64,000 bases of DNA from Euprymna scolopes. Lineage: Eukaryota. A model generated the notes under the pieces. That model had not been told where the DNA came from. It was given only the letters and a program-made list of their open reading frames with translations, and ran no database searches. The stretch lies in assembly GCA_053919585.1 (NCBI GenBank), contig CM132789.1, one strand, 5' to 3'. The position numbers and the translations under genes were made by a program. Each line of letters begins with the position of its first letter. Within the stretch, counting starts at the first letter, position 1. Positions 1 to 13,620 of this stretch are shown in pieces.

Positions 1-389
1 TAACCTGGGGAGGTTGGGAGTGTTTATTTCTTAAGACATTTTCTTATTTTTGACCTCCCCGGTAATCAACTTCTTAAAAGTCAATTTGACGTGTTAAAGG
101 GAAGGTATGGTGAAAGATTCCCCTCTCACTAACTGAAAATGAATATAATTGCCTAATCTGTTTTGGCTATCAAATTGGAACATATAAACAATATTTATGG
201 ACAGAAAAAAATCTATTATAAAAAAATAAAACAATATATATTCCAAATGAACTTGCCAGATAGAATCGGCATATTTTTCCACGAGAAAACCATTTACACA
301 ATAAAACAATGAAATAAAGATAAAAATTAAAAACTGAAATAAATATAATATTAGGACTTGCATCTAGAAAAGAAATATTACAAATTCAT

Positions 390-810
390 AACTTAACTGC
401 TTTATCGTTATTTTCATAGCAAGTTCTCGACTGAGCTCCAATCGATGGTCCCCCATCGCCAAACTTTCACAAGAAACACTCGTGTAGCAGAAAACACTAT
501 CACTAATTTTCCCCACTCTTTATTTGTGCCTAAACCTAAATGTAGATTTCATGAGCAAAGCTTCTTTCTTAGAACTGCACGCCTATGGAATTGTCTTCCG
601 TTTTCCTGCTTTCCAGCTGACTACAATATGGTTGTGTTCAAGTCTAACATAAACAAGTTTTTGATGAGCTGTTCCATATACGTTAACAAATTTACCGAAT
701 TTCTATTACTAACGATTACTATATTGTCCAATTTCTACTGTACACGCTTTAACCCTTATCCTCGAGTGGCCTCTTGGCCTTGATAAGTGGTGATGCCTAT
801 GTTAAAAAAC
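390..810 (+). mobile_element. CR1-like LINE 3' fragment (ORF2 C-terminus plus 3' UTR), family CR1-a
   Basis: ORF 445-783 contains SFFLRTARLWNCLP..CFPADYN...FKSNINKFL, a typical CR1-clade ORF2 end. It ends CCTTATCCTCGAGTGGCC..GGCCTTGATAAGTGG followed by an A-rich tail. Several other copies are in the window. Confidence 0.8.
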
Positions 811-896
811 AAAAAAATTCTTACAGGTAAGTCCTCCGGTGGTCCCCAACTCTCCCAGTGCACTTTCACCCAAAAACAACAACAAAAAAAAAAAAC

Positions 897-1328
897 TGTA
901 CGTACTCGTTATGGAATTAAGTTTGCATTAAAAAATTCACTTAATTTGATCAAGCAGTTTTTTTATTTTACAGAGGAAAATAAAATTTTAATGAGATCGA
1001 TCGTTTCGCGGCCATCTTGTATGTTTCACGGCCGAGGAGGAGGATGCCTTTAAACAAAGGATTAAAAAAGGACAGTGAAAAAAATTTAAATATTTATCTA
1101 GGTATTTTTTCTGCCCATGTATCAAAATAATCTCGTCAAATTTTGACAAACTTTATGCGGTGATGATGGAGTTATCTCCCTTGGCCCCCACCTCCTTGTC
1201 AGCCAAATAAGCATGGCCTAGATATAATCGATCTCATTAAAATTTGATTTTTTTCCTGTAAAAGACTGTGATCAAATTTAGTGAAAAAAATTTTATGAGA
1301 ACTTTATTCCTAATAATGGGTACGTACA
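897..1328. mobile_element. MITE-like long imperfect inverted repeat
   Basis: TGTACGTACTCGTTATGGAAT...AAAATTTTAATGAGATCGAT is mirrored by ATCGATCTCATTAAAATTT...ATTCCTAATAATGGGTACGTACA. Confidence 0.65.
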
Positions 1329-1499
1329 ATATATATTTTTTTCAATATTTTCATTTTTTTTTTTTTTTTTTTTTTTTTTTATCTTGATTAAACTAAACAA
1401 GTACTGGATCAGGAAATTAACTAATTTTAATGAAATTTTTAGTATTTATCAAATAATGATCACGGAATATAATGAACCCATTATTGTCATTAAAATTTT

Positions 1500-2114
1500 G
1501 GGGGTGTATTACTATACACAGATTCGAAAAAGTTGTCAAGAAACAAATATATAACTAATAAATGTTATCAAAGGCAAAATAAGTTACTTTTCTACCAAAC
1601 TGGATATGTTTTTAGTGTTAATGTAATATGTTTAGTCAGCTCAAAAACATACAGTGTTTATCGATGTATTGGAAAATTAAAAATGGCGCCCGGCTCTCTT
1701 TGACATGGTAAGTTTAGGAAAAGGAGTTAAAAATTAAAAAAAACTATGCAAAATACTGTTAGAAACTCACTCAATATATGTTACCGTGACATGGGCTGAC
1801 ATATTCAGTGGGGTTTTAACAGTATTTGTCTAGTTTTTTTTTTATTTTTAACTCCTTTTTCTAAACTTACTGTGTCAAAGAGAGAGTCGGGCACCATTTT
1901 AAATTTTTCAATACATTGGTCAACACTGTATGTTTTTCGAGTAGAATAAACATGTTACATTAAATAAAAACATTAAAAACCTCCGGTTAGGTAGAAAAGT
2001 AACTTATCTTGTCTTTGATAACATTTGTTTGTTATATATTTGTTTTTTGACAACTTTTTCGAATCTATGTAATACAAACCTATAATCTGTAGTAATCTAT
2101 AGTAATACACCCCC
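1500..2114. mobile_element. Fold-back MITE (about 290-bp TIRs, GGG termini, 8-bp TSD), MULE- or Merlin-like
   Basis: The element is almost one palindrome centred near 1790. Termini are GGGGGTGTATTAC and GTAATACACCCCC. TSD AAAATTTT at 1492-1499 and 2115-2122. Confidence 0.85.
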
Positions 2115-2930
2115 AAAATTTTAGTGGAAATGTATTATTTTGTTTAAACAAAAAGCATCTTTACTAAAGTTATGGTTTTAAGTAGTAAAAAAGCATTGTA
2201 GATTGTAACAATTAAAAAAAAAAAAATTTTCAGGAACATTACGAAAAAAGCCCCTAAAGTCTGTATTAATGAATTATTGTTTATTTAATATTTTCACATA
2301 AAAAAATTATAATTGCAAAAAATATAAATTTTTTTTTTTTAATTACATGTTTCTCATAATTTTTATATGGAAGATTCTAATATTTTCCTTGCTGGAATGA
2401 ATGTGAAACTGTCAGTGTAACATAATTTTTATATAATATTGAAAAAAAAAAAAAAATTCATTAAAAAGCAGAAACATAGAAAAATAATTAAATTAAAACA
2501 ATGGTAAAAATTATACAAACGTTCATAATAGGAATGTATGGATGCACGGCTGGGGGGGGGGAACCAGCACTCCCTACCTCCTTTTAACTACCTGACGTCA
2601 TTTTCAGACAGCCTTTTGACTTTCTGACATTTTGAGCTTTTGTAGAATCTACATTTGGACAATTTTTCGTTTGTTGCGATTAGGCAAAGCCAGAATCTCT
2701 CGCTTTTGGGAACTAATTAAGCTTTTTTTTTTTCCTTTTTTTTTTATACGATGTACAAGGTATTTTTTTATTTAATTCACTATCTTAGAACTTTACTAAT
2801 TATCTTTAAAATAGAACCAGAAAACTAATATTTATCTTTCAAAGGATTTTTGTGATGAATTTATTTAACTTCAAAATTTTGCTGAATTTGTCGGCTTCTG
2901 AAAGTCGCTGTGAAAACGTTTTTCATTAGA

Positions 2931-2969
<39 letters not shown>

Positions 2970-3130
2970 GTGTACAAATAATTTTTCCTTTTCTTTTTGG
3001 AAATTAACTTAAGGCTTTAATCTTTCAAATACAATCAAAAAGTAGTCAGAATCCTACGAAAAAATTATGATAAACCATTTAAAAACTATGTCCCCCTATT
3101 TTTTTTTCCCCACCATTTTTGCCCATATCT

Positions 3131-3465
3131 AAGTGAAACCAATGGTATATCTACTGACTTGTCATGTCACAGTAATAAAAAAACATATCCAAAAATTATG
3201 CAAAATGATTAGGCAGAAAATTATTAATGAAAAGAGTTTCTCAAAGACAATTAGTGAAGATTAAGTTTTGCTAAATCAGCCAAAGAAAAGATTTACCTCC
3301 CTTTTGTTACAATTAGAACTCTCTGTTATTTATTTTTTTTACAACGCTCAGTTTTCACTAATTGTCTTAGAAAACTATTTTCATTAATAATTATCATTTT
3401 TTGTAATTTTTAAATATTTTCATTACTGTGACATGACGATTCAGTAGATATCATTGTTTTCACTT
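3131..3465. mobile_element. MITE-like inverted repeat
   Basis: AAGTGAAACCAATGGTATATCTACTGA..GTCATGTCACAGTAAT is mirrored by ATTACTGTGACATGAC..TCAGTAGATATCATTGTTTTCACTT. Confidence 0.7.
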
Positions 3466-3704
3466 GAAATTCAATATTTAAATTTTTGAATTTCGCTACA
3501 ATAACGAAGAACTAGATAATTAAAATAGTTTACAATTTTGGTTTTAATTTTAAATCTTATTAGCTTAAAGCTAAAAAAAGTATACTTTTTAATTAATTTA
3601 AAGAGAAAAAAAAACTTAAAGCATTCTCATTTTTTCTTCATTTACTTCTGAAAAGTGAAATCAACAATTTTTACTTTGTTAAAAAATACGTTTTATTTTT
3701 TTTT

Positions 3705-4100
3705 ACAATAGCTAACAACAAAAAGGGGGTAAAAAAATGTGTTACCAAAGGCAAGCTAAGTCACTCTTCTACCTACCTGGATAAGTTTATTGTGTTTTAA
3801 GTCATTTTAAAGCGTTTACTTGCCTTGAAACAAAAGTAGTTTCAAGTTTGAATTGATAAAACAAAAATGGTTTCATTAGAACCACTTGGACCCTTGATAA
3901 TCGCTCAAAATCGAAGATTAAACAAAATATTGGTAAAGCAGTACATTTTCGCATGGTTGGTGACATTTATTGGATGGCGTTCTGCTGTATTTTGTTTAAT
4001 TTTCTATTGTTGTCTCTCTCTTTCTCTCTCTCTCTCTATATATATATATAGATATAGTTTTTCACCCCCTTTCTTGTTTTGTTGGCTATTGCTAAAAATC
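3705..4100. mobile_element. Older relative of the fold-back MITE family
   Basis: Shares GTTACCAAAGGCAAG.TAAG...CTACC with the 1500 and 32748 elements. Ends are inverted: AATAGCTAACAACAAAAAGGGGGT and ACCCCCTTTCTTGTTTTGTTGGCTATT. Confidence 0.55.
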
Positions 4101-4147
4101 CACAACAAATGACTTCAGATATTTACTTTGAAATCTTATAATCTAAT

Positions 4148-4323
4148 GCTGACATATAAAAATATTACTTATTAAATAATTACTTATTAAATAATGACAT
4201 AAAAATATTACTTATTAAATATTACTTATTTATTAATGACATATAAAAATATTACTTATTAAATATTACTTATTAAATAATGACATAAAAATATTACTTA
4301 TTAAATAATTACTTATTAAATAA
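4148..4323. repeat. AT-rich minisatellite (unit about ATGACATAAAAATATTACTTATTAAATAATTACTTATTAAATA)
   Basis: About four tandem units with an ATTACTTATTAAAT subunit. Confidence 0.85.
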
Positions 4324-4881
4324 GATTTAAACCATATTCTCGCATTTTATACTTCATTTACTTTTAAAAAGTGAAAGTAACCATTTTTAGTTTAAGAAAG
4401 GCATCTAAAATCTTTTAAAATTAAAGTATCTCCTCGTGAATTATTTAAATTATAATTTTATAAAATTCAATAATCGATTAAAAGGAATTCTTCAAAAGTA
4501 TTACTTACTGTTTTCTTTGGAAAAACAAAAGACCAAATTAATTAGCAACGGTTAAGGTTTGGGTTCGTATGTAGCAAAGAAACTGTTTCATTACACTTTT
4601 AGTTTCATTATTCGTAATTCGTTAGTTTCATTATTCATAATAAACAGCATATCAATTTTCCAGGAATATTAAAAAAACAAAAACAAATCAAACAAACTAC
4701 ATTATTTCTATTCCATAAATTAATTCAAGCTGGCTACACTCCAGACAGCTAACCATATTAATCCAACCACATCGTTAAAAAACTAAAACTAATTTAGTTA
4801 AAGTAATGTTCCAGTGGCAGCCATCTTAAAGTTGAAATCTTCAACATAATCTGAATGCTTTTGTTTTCTCCAAAAACTGTA

Positions 4882-5820
4882 TCTATATATCTATAAAAGT
4901 GAAAATGTCTGTGTACACTTCCCTACCAAATAACTCTGTCAATTTTCAGTCTACAGACTTGAGATTTGACATAAGGGGTATTGAGATTTGGGAAAATCTG
5001 TTTTTGGCCAGAAATTTGGCTATTAAAGGGTCAAAGTTCAATGATTTGACATTTGAGAACTCTACCAAACTTCTCCGCCTATTTTGGGTCTAAACACTTG
5101 AAATTTTAGATATAGGTTACTTGGACATGGATCTAACTTTATAATTTGATTTGAGCCCAAAACAGTAAAAGTTAAGGTCATAATTGGGGTTAAAGTTTTT
5201 AAAAATTGACCTCTGCGGTCTCTACCAAATTACTCAACCAATTTTTGGTCTAAACATTTAAAATTTTACATAAAGTGTATTCATACATAGATAGGGCAAG
5301 CTTTTTAATCGTCTTTTTGCTGAAAATTTGTGCTTCCAAGTAGTCAAAGTACAAAAGATTTGACTTTTGCGAACTCTAGCAAACTATTCAGCCAATTTTG
5401 GGTCTAAACATTTGAAATTTTACATAAAGAGTATTCAGACATGCAGCAAGCTTTTTAATCAGTTTTTTGGGTGAAAATTTGGTTGGCAAGAGGTCAAAGT
5501 TAAAAGAGTTGACCTTTGCAGACTCTTCCAAAGTCTTCCCCCAATTTTGGGTCTAAACACTTGCAATTTTAGATGTAGGTTACCTAGACATGGGTCAAAT
5601 ATTTTAATTTGATTTGAGCCCAAAACAATGAATGTTAAGGTGTCAAAATTTAAGAAATTTTTACCTCTGAATTCCTTTCTAACTTTTCTCTATAGTAGTT
5701 AAGGAAGTCTATTATATAGAAAGGCATTACCGTACATATGCACACTTTTTAATATATACATATGCACATAACGTTACGAACAGTACATAGGGCCCAAGCA
5801 AAGCCGGGCTAAACTGCTAG
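4882..5820 (+). mobile_element. Non-autonomous Helitron, family H1, with internal tandem repeats of about 120 bp
   Basis: 5' end A|TCTATATATCTATAAAA. Subterminal hairpin GCCC..AGCAAAGCCGGGC. 3' end CTAG|T. An inverted copy lies at 23166-23940. Confidence 0.8.
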
Positions 5821-6189
5821 TAATAAATATGAGTGACGATCAACGTTTGTCACAAATAATGGAAACATTTTTTAAAAAAATGTATCTTTGTTTACTAATG
5901 CATTATGGGTTGGCTTTTATTATTATTATTACTTAAAATAATTTTACACTAAATGCACACACAATTTTTTTGCAAAAAAAAGATAAGTTTAAAATTATTT
6001 TCTACACAAAGAAACAACTTGTGCCTAAGATCAAAGTATCGATTTGTCTCACAACCCAAATAAAGAAAAAATAGAATTAAAAAATAAACAAGCTTATAAC
6101 GCAGGAGTCAGAAAGTAAGCTAGGTACTTTGTTTATATTACTCACATGTTTTTATTAACTTAGTGTAATATGTTTTTTTTTTGTGTTTT

Positions 6190-6650
6190 TTTTTTACAAG
6201 GTGGTCACCACTTATCAAGGCCCGGAAGCCACTCGGGGATGAGGGTTATTGCGTGTACAGTACATTAATGTTGAGATTTGATAAAGTGTCTACTTAAGGG
6301 GGCGGTTCATCAGGAATTTGTTTATGTTGGACTTGAAGACATCCAAGTTGTAGTCAGGTGGGAAACAGGCGGGCGGAACAGAGTTCCACAGACGTGCACT
6401 TCTAAGAAAGAAGCTTTGTTCATGGAATCTACATTTTGGTTTTAGCACAGATAAAGAGTGGGGAAAATTTTTGACAGTGGTTTCAGCTAGACGGGTGTTT
6501 TTCGTGAAAGATCAGTGAGGGAGAACCAGGGATTGGAGCTCAGACGAGCACCTGCCATGGAAGTAACGATAAAACAAAGACAGGCTCGCAACGTCTCTCC
6601 TGTGGGAGAGAGGTTGTAGGGAAGAGAAAAGGGCATCCCCCACTAAACCT
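6190..6650 (-). mobile_element. CR1-like LINE 3' fragment (CR1-a)
   Basis: Reverse-complement homology to 390-810, with a poly(T) tail at the left end. Confidence 0.8.
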
Positions 6651-6860
6651 ATTTTGGTTTTAAGATTTTGTGAACAAATATTGTTATTGTATTAATAGAA
6701 TAGTTATTAAAGGGTTAAAATTATATTTTTTTTACAATAGTAGAAATTAAGAATATTTGTGATGATTCCTAAGGGGACACAATATTGTCTGTTGCTTGAG
6801 GTGATCTAGTTTATTTTTGTACTTTGCGAGTGAACTTTCAAAGTGGTGATTATAAATAAG

Positions 6861-7331
6861 GTGCTTGTTTAGATTATGGGCACTTATGGTGGCAATTAAA
6901 GTAAAGTAAAGAAAATACAGAAAAATCTGTCTGATGTGTGTACTCGTTACAGAACAAAAGTGTCATATTCCAAAAATTATGTTAATCTATCAAGTAGTTT
7001 TATTTAAAGTAAGAAAATCAAAATTTACGATTTTTAGTGATTTTACGATTAAACTGCATTGGATGTAAGATAGTTTTCACTTATCACTTTCAATTTAAGT
7101 TGTCTCCCCTTTTTTCTGTCATTGGATTTAATCATGGTGGATAAAAACACTACAACTCGCTTAGTCGTAAAACTTGATTTTCTTGAATTAAAAAATAAAA
7201 TATACCTGATCAAATTACCTGATTTTTGGAATATCTCATCTTCATTCCATGAATGGCATGTACAACATACAGACTTTTCTGTATTTTCTTTATTTTTAAT
7301 TGCAGCCATAAGTGCCAATCTGAATAAGCAC
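6861..7331. mobile_element. MITE with long TIRs (partial copies near 7640-7715 and 38200-38480)
   Basis: GTGCTTGTTTAGATTATGGGCACTTATGGTGGCAATTAAA.. is mirrored by ..TTTAATTGCAGCCATAAGTGCCAATCTGAATAAGCAC. Confidence 0.7.
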
Positions 7332-7421
7332 TAGAAATAATAAAACACTTATTTTTTGGTGATTGTGTTTTTTTTTTCACCACAATCTACAATCTACTAC
7401 TGAGTGTAAAATGTCTTTCAA

Positions 7422-7457
<36 letters not shown>

Positions 7458-7508
7458 AAAATGAGCAAAGTCAAATTATTTAAACAATAAAAGATCATTA
7501 AAACAATA

Positions 7509-7543
<35 letters not shown>

Positions 7544-7899
7544 TACCGGGAAAAATTTCAATGTTTATACTTTCACGTCTCAACATAAAATTAGGTGTAT
7601 ATTTAGAATTACTCATTTTTAAAAAAATACAAAAAAAAATTTTCCTGATGTATGTATTGGTCATAAAACGAAGATGTCATATTCCAAAAATCACATGAGT
7701 TTGGCAAGTAAACGAAAATATTTAGTTGTGAAAAGTCAACTAAAAGGTAAATTTGTCCGTAGAACAAATTTTAATTTTTTTGGGGGAAGCTAAATTCTCT
7801 ACAATAAAAACCAACTTTGTGTCTATATTTTGCTCTCATGGAGAGGCAAGTAAATAGGAGACTAGCTTTGAAGTAGACCAATTTCATGGCGTATAGGCT

Positions 7900-9850
7900 C
7901 GGATCAAAGACATGTCTTATATGACAGTTTTGCACTAGGTAAGGCAAAAGCCAAGACTAAGAACTTGGAAGAAAATCTGGGGGTAGGGGTCAGAACGATA
8001 GTAATAGCTATGAGTGACCTGTAAGCCAGGCTAGCAAGCCTTATCAAGGTCAAAGGCTAGTCTAAAGGAAGTATCTAACAAAACTGTATACTTAGATGAA
8101 GATTAGCATAAGAAAGAGTTTCAGCAAGGTTTCAGTAGATATGTATTTGGATATCAACACTGGAGATTTGTGACATATTTTGAGATAACTTCACTCAGTT
8201 GCCCAGGCTCTCTGCTCAGGAGTTTGGCAATTATTTAACCGATTCTCCCCACCTTGCTGTGTCTGGTTGCAATTGCAGGATTACAGAACACACGGTCTTT
8301 GATTTAAGCTGGTTAGGAGTTCCTATGAATTGTTCTTGAGATTATTGCACATGTTTATACTGCTTCTCATTTGGATTTTTTCAATCATTGGTTTGATCAG
8401 GGATCTATCTTTGATTAGGTGATGAAAGGCTCGATTACATTGCTGAAAAAACGGAATTGGCATTGTGAAGAAGAACTAGATTATTCCAGGCCAATAACTT
8501 GGTTAAACATTAAAGATTTTTGTCTGCAAGTTTTCATACTGGAATTCATAGATCCCGAGCAAAACTATGGCATGAAGACAAATTGAATCAGAACAATTTG
8601 CATCCAATTCCTACAATCATAGAAAATGTAAAAGACAATATGAATGCTTTTGTTTTAGAGGCTGCTAGTTTAATATTGGATTTTCATTCTGTATTGCTTG
8701 CCAACAAGGATGCTTCAGATGATATGAAAGCATTTCAAGACGTTTGCTGCTTCTCAGTTAGTGTGCCAGGATTGTCTGCGCTTGCATCTACTTGATATTC
8801 TTGCCTTGGAGCCACTGCTTCACAAACTAAAGGGTAGTGATAAGTTCAATCCTACATGAAATCATCTTATCTGGAATAATGATGATATAACTGTTTTTGT
8901 ATTATTGTTTTGAAGACATTTAAAGATTGACTCAGGTAATTTACACATTACGAACCAATAATTTGAACCAAAAATCAAGCATGACAAGTAGATGGTTGGA
9001 TGCTTGGAACTGTAACAGTTGGCGTTTAAATCTTTTCAGATGAATGGATAGTCAGATCCAAATCCTTGGTATGTGGCTTGAATCGCGTCTCCAGCTTCGG
9101 AGGAATTGGTTGATCATACAGTACAGTTAAAGCATTGGTTCAGGTTTCAAAAGAAATCTTTTCCTAAACACTAAAGCAGAGGCATATACTATGTATGTCT
9201 TTTCTCTTGTCCTTTACCAACTAGGCTGTACTTCTCCAGTCTGTGAGCTGTGTAATGGTTTTCAAGTGCTTTCTTTTCTTATGAGGAGAGGAAAGCTGTA
9301 GGTTTGCAACCAAGTCTATAAAGAGAGGAAGAATTTTTGGAGAGGTCATTGACCTGCTGAAAGACTGGCTTCCCCAGGTCACACTTAGTCGAGTCTGCAT
9401 GGGACTGGTTGAAGGTATCTTCTTTTGACCTCATCGTCATCGGTAAATTGTAGTTCTCTGCTGACAACATAGCTACTCAAAAAAAGATTCCATGATCCAG
9501 TGGCATTCAGTCTAGAAAAAAAGTATACGGGCATTTAGAGGAGGGTTCTGCTATTGAAGCAGCTGGTTTAATCGATGAAGTGCTGCTGTTAATCAAGTTT
9601 GGCACCAGATATCTCAATAATTCTAATTTCTGACTTGGCAATTGATTTTGAATGTATTACACCTCAATAGCATACTATTTAGTTCAAGCACAACTGATTA
9701 TTCACACTGTAACCACACCAACGAAGAAACAGCTGAGTACGCCTTCAACTGAAGTAAACATTGGCTGTTCTGGATGTATATCAACAAGGTAACTGCTTCC
9801 ATTAATCCCAAGGAATTGATATTGTTAAACTATTAATCATCTACAAAACC
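7900..9850 (+). pseudogene. Decayed Tx1/L1-clade LINE ORF2 (reverse transcriptase region)
   Basis: Plus-strand frames read FFNHWFDQGSI..KGSITLLKK..EELDYSRPITWLN, QNNLH..TIIE, ILALEPLLHKL and DDITVFV (8881). These are non-LTR RT motifs in the expected order, with many stops and frameshifts. Confidence 0.8.
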
Positions 9851-10479
9851 TTCGACTTAAAGATTTTGTACATGATTGATAACATTGACCTGCAATGGGT
9901 TAAGGTTAGAATGATAATGTGAATTTTTCTTATCAGAATCTAAATTTATTCTTCAAGCAGCAGTTTCAGATTAAAATTAGATGTAGAAAAATAAAAAATA
10001 TTACATTCTATAAAGTTCAACCAAAAGTGGGTTCAAGTTGCAAGTTTGTGTATACAAAAGAGCAGTCTATTTTTGTTTTAGAAACGAGAGTTGGGAATTT
10101 TTTTTATTACTGTGTGTGTGTGTGTGTATAAGATTAAATTCAAATCATTTGGGATATATTAAGCAGAGTAGTCTATAAAATAAATTTAGTATCAGTGATT
10201 AAAGTGAATGGAAGCAACAATGCTCAAACGAATGGATGAAAAATGTGTAGAGTGTCTCATTTTGATTTTTGTTTCATTTTACTTCAGTCGAAGTTCAGAA
10301 ATCAAGGGTCCTTTCTTAGGGGCTAACATTTGATCTCTATATGAGATAAATAAACATTTGAATATTCCATTAAAGTTCTCTTTTACATCTCAAACACTGA
10401 GTTAGTAAAGAAGTTGAGAACATAATTTTCCTCTGCCCAATTGACCATTTTCATATATTATAGTATATCTTTATTCCAA

Positions 10480-10870
10480 GACAAGAATTCATCTTTACTG
10501 GTGGAGTATCCAACTTCATATTGTTACTGGAGCTAACATCACTTGGAGAAGGTGCACTATTCCTCGAAAAAGCCAGTGATGGCTAGCCATACCAAGGAGT
10601 TCTGAATTGTATAGCTAATACTATGTAATTTTGAATATTTAGTCAGGATTTACTTGTATAGAAAAGCATCCTTATGTCAGGTTTTCTGACAAACCCCTGT
10701 ACAGAGAGACCTAGGACAGTGTTTAGAAGGCATCCAAGTTTCTCTCCATATAATAGAATGACTACCACCACCCTATATACGTAGAGACTTACCACACTTA
10801 TGATAGCCTTGTGCCTAATTTGAAAATAAAAAATCAAATAGTAGTATCTATTTTCTCAATTAGATGAGGG
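10480..10870 (-). mobile_element. Dispersed repeat, probably an RTE-like LINE remnant
   Basis: Minus ORF VYRVVVVILLYGE resembles RTE VYRAVV..LLYG.E. An inverted homolog lies at 30600-30850. Confidence 0.5.
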
Positions 10871-12702
10871 GTGCCCATTGTGTCTAACTTTACTCTCATG
10901 GTGTAAGATAGGGACGAGCCAGAATGTTGTTGGAAAAGAAAAAAAAAAAGTTCAAAGTTTTGTGCTTGGTGAGTCGCTTCTAAACACCGTTACAAAATAA
11001 ATTTTGAAAAAAGAAAAGTTCATTGTCAGTGTGCATTCATTTTGTCACTGTTCAGATCAATCTTAAGAGGCCATCCTCCCAGATATTGCCTCCTGATTTA
11101 GAATGGAAGAAGGTTATTAATCATCTGTCATCCCCTTATCTGAATTCTGATTGGGTTGATCATGGCAATTTTGTACCTGTCCAAAGTGACACTTTCTTTA
11201 CTTTTGGGTGAGTGGGGTTCCTCACTATAAACTGACCTTATGTCTAACTATTATGATGCAAAAAGGGATAAATAAATTTCCTCCAGACCTTTTACTAATA
11301 TATATATATATATAAAAAATTATAAAACTGAATTGAGCCCTTGCTTGAATCTTGTTGAGGATCGGGCGATTCCATCTTTTAAAAAAGGGATGACAGGTGA
11401 ATTTGTCCGGGCTGTACTTGCTAGAACCATGTCTTTGGCTGTTAGGCGATTCCATCTTTTTAAAAAGCAACGGCAGGTGAATTATGTGTATGGCCGTAGC
11501 TCAAAGGATAAGGAATGAGGGTGCAGAGTTGTATGCTTTCATTTCAATTCTAGCTGATGGCACCCAAGTCATAAATATATATCTCACTACTATACATAAT
11601 CGATAAAGAATTGTCTATATAATAATGTAATCTGCATGAATTAAAATATATTTAAACTGGACCGCCTGCTAGTATATATATATATATCTCTCACTGACTG
11701 TTCTCGATGGAAGGTTAGAGAATCTATATAAAATTTGAAAATGTGTCCTGTAGAATTTATCAGGGAAGACAATTGAAATCATTCTGAATCTCTCATAGGG
11801 ATATGACAGCAGAACCTCTCTTAAAACTTCAAATATATCCTATTTTGATGGAATTTATATAGAGTATAAAATTCACTATGAAAACCATGGAAGTGGTCCC
11901 GAATCCTTTTTCTTTTCCTTTATTAAGCCATGGTCATAACTTAGTAGCCTCTGTCTATTGTTAATTAGGGAATACATAAAACTTAGGGGATATTCCTAAG
12001 TGAGCCATGAGGGCAGAATCCTTTTAATACTTACCTGAGTTTAACGAAATTCAAACTATATGTAGTAGACAATAATTAAGGTTTTCTAAAATTTCAGTTT
12101 CTTTTACAAAGAAAAAAAAAAAAAAAAAAAAACAGTAGTGTTCCTCATCCAATCCAGAGCAACATCGGGTCTTCCTGCTCGTTGTTTTATAATTTGTTAA
12201 ACTTATTGTTTTGATCATTTGCTGATGATCTTCCGATTTTTACTTTAACAATAATTGCAATTTGGTTTACTAGTTTCTTAGCAAATGAAAATACTTAAAA
12301 AAGGAAGAGTAGCCATCCCCACTTTTTAAAATTTTTTTAAGAAAATTATTTTGATTTAAAAAAAAAAAAAAAAAAAATTTTTTTTTAAGGCATAAAAATA
12401 AAAAACATTTACAAATATTTGTAAAACACAAATTTGAAGAAAATATTTGTTATTTTATTTGTATTAAATTTTGAAGAAATAAACAAGAAATTAATGACGT
12501 GCTGGTAATGCTGCTCGTCTCGGAAGTTGTAAAGTCCCTCAGTTGATTAATTCCTGTGGAAACAAAATACAAAGTTTAAGCCAAGTGAGGGAACAAATAC
12601 AAAATCCATGTGCGTTTGGTAAGAATTTATTACTAAAACTGTACAAAGAAACAAAATTACAAAACGTAAACTTACACAATACGCATATGCATGAATAATC
12701 TA

Positions 12703-12957
12703 CAGGGCGAGTCACAGGAAACGGATGTTTTTTTAAGGAAAACAAAAATTTTATACTGTACATAAAAACATGAACTTAGGGCAATGAACTGAAAAGAAAA
12801 GCAGTTAAAAATCAATAACTGACTAAAACAAAATTTAACGTAAAAGATAAACAAATAACAAACTAAACGGCATCTTAAGCAGATTTAAAGACTATCTTCC
12901 TTATTCAAGGAGAGCAAGGAGCATTCTGAAAACATCCATTTCCCGTGACTCACCCTG
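12703..12957. mobile_element. Tc1/mariner-type MITE
   Basis: TA|CAGGGCGAGTCACAGGAAACGGATGTTTT ... AAAACATCCATTTCCCGTGACTCACCCTG|TA. Confidence 0.8.
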
Positions 12958-13059
12958 TACATTAATGTAAATTACTGCCTTCATAGTTGCTTCTGATTCC
13001 TTTAAGGTTTTACAGCTTACATATATATACACATAATATAAACACATACAAGGAGATGT

Positions 13060-13620
13060 AAGTACTAGTGTGATTACGAGAATTGATGAAAGTTCAGGGA
13101 AGTTCTGCCATTACCAACCAGCAGAGTGTTACCACTTATCGATCAAGGGCAGAAAGAGTCCCTGAGACATGTGTATGTAGTGTGATGATATATGGAAGTA
13201 AAACTTAGTCAGTGAAGGTTGAGGATGTGCGTTGCATGGAGAGAAATCATGAGAATGATATGATGGATGTGTAATGCGAGTCTTAAAGACAAGATCACAT
13301 CTGACGATCTTAAAGGAAGATGAAATCGGGACAGTATAGAGAGATGTGGATGTGTGAAAAATAGGTGACTTCCATGGTATGGCCACGTTGAAAAAAAAAA
13401 AAAAAAAAAAAAAAATGGTTGAGAATTCTTTGATAGATGTAGAATGGTTGAGATAGCAGGTTCAGTTCGCAAAAGAAGACGAGAGGAAGTGATAAAAAAA
13501 AAAAAATGGACATTAAAGAAACAGGAATAAATAAAGACCTGGCCAAAGATAGGTAGTTTGGAAGTCAATTTCATAAAGCCATTAAATGCATGCCAGCATT
13601 TTAAATGGACATTAAACCGA
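13060..13620 (+). mobile_element. RTE-clade LINE 3' fragment (decayed)
   Basis: Translations include KFREVLPL, CVCSVMIYGSKT, RMI*WMCNASLKD and PWYGHV. These match the RTE ORF2 C-terminal LYG.E.W and LRWYGHV motifs. Confidence 0.75.

Noticed and set aside
7900-9850. Possible endogenous viral element or host retrogene
   Set aside because: Translation gives ordered non-LTR RT motifs (RPIT.LN, LALEPLL, DDIT.F), so it is a Tx1/L1-like LINE.
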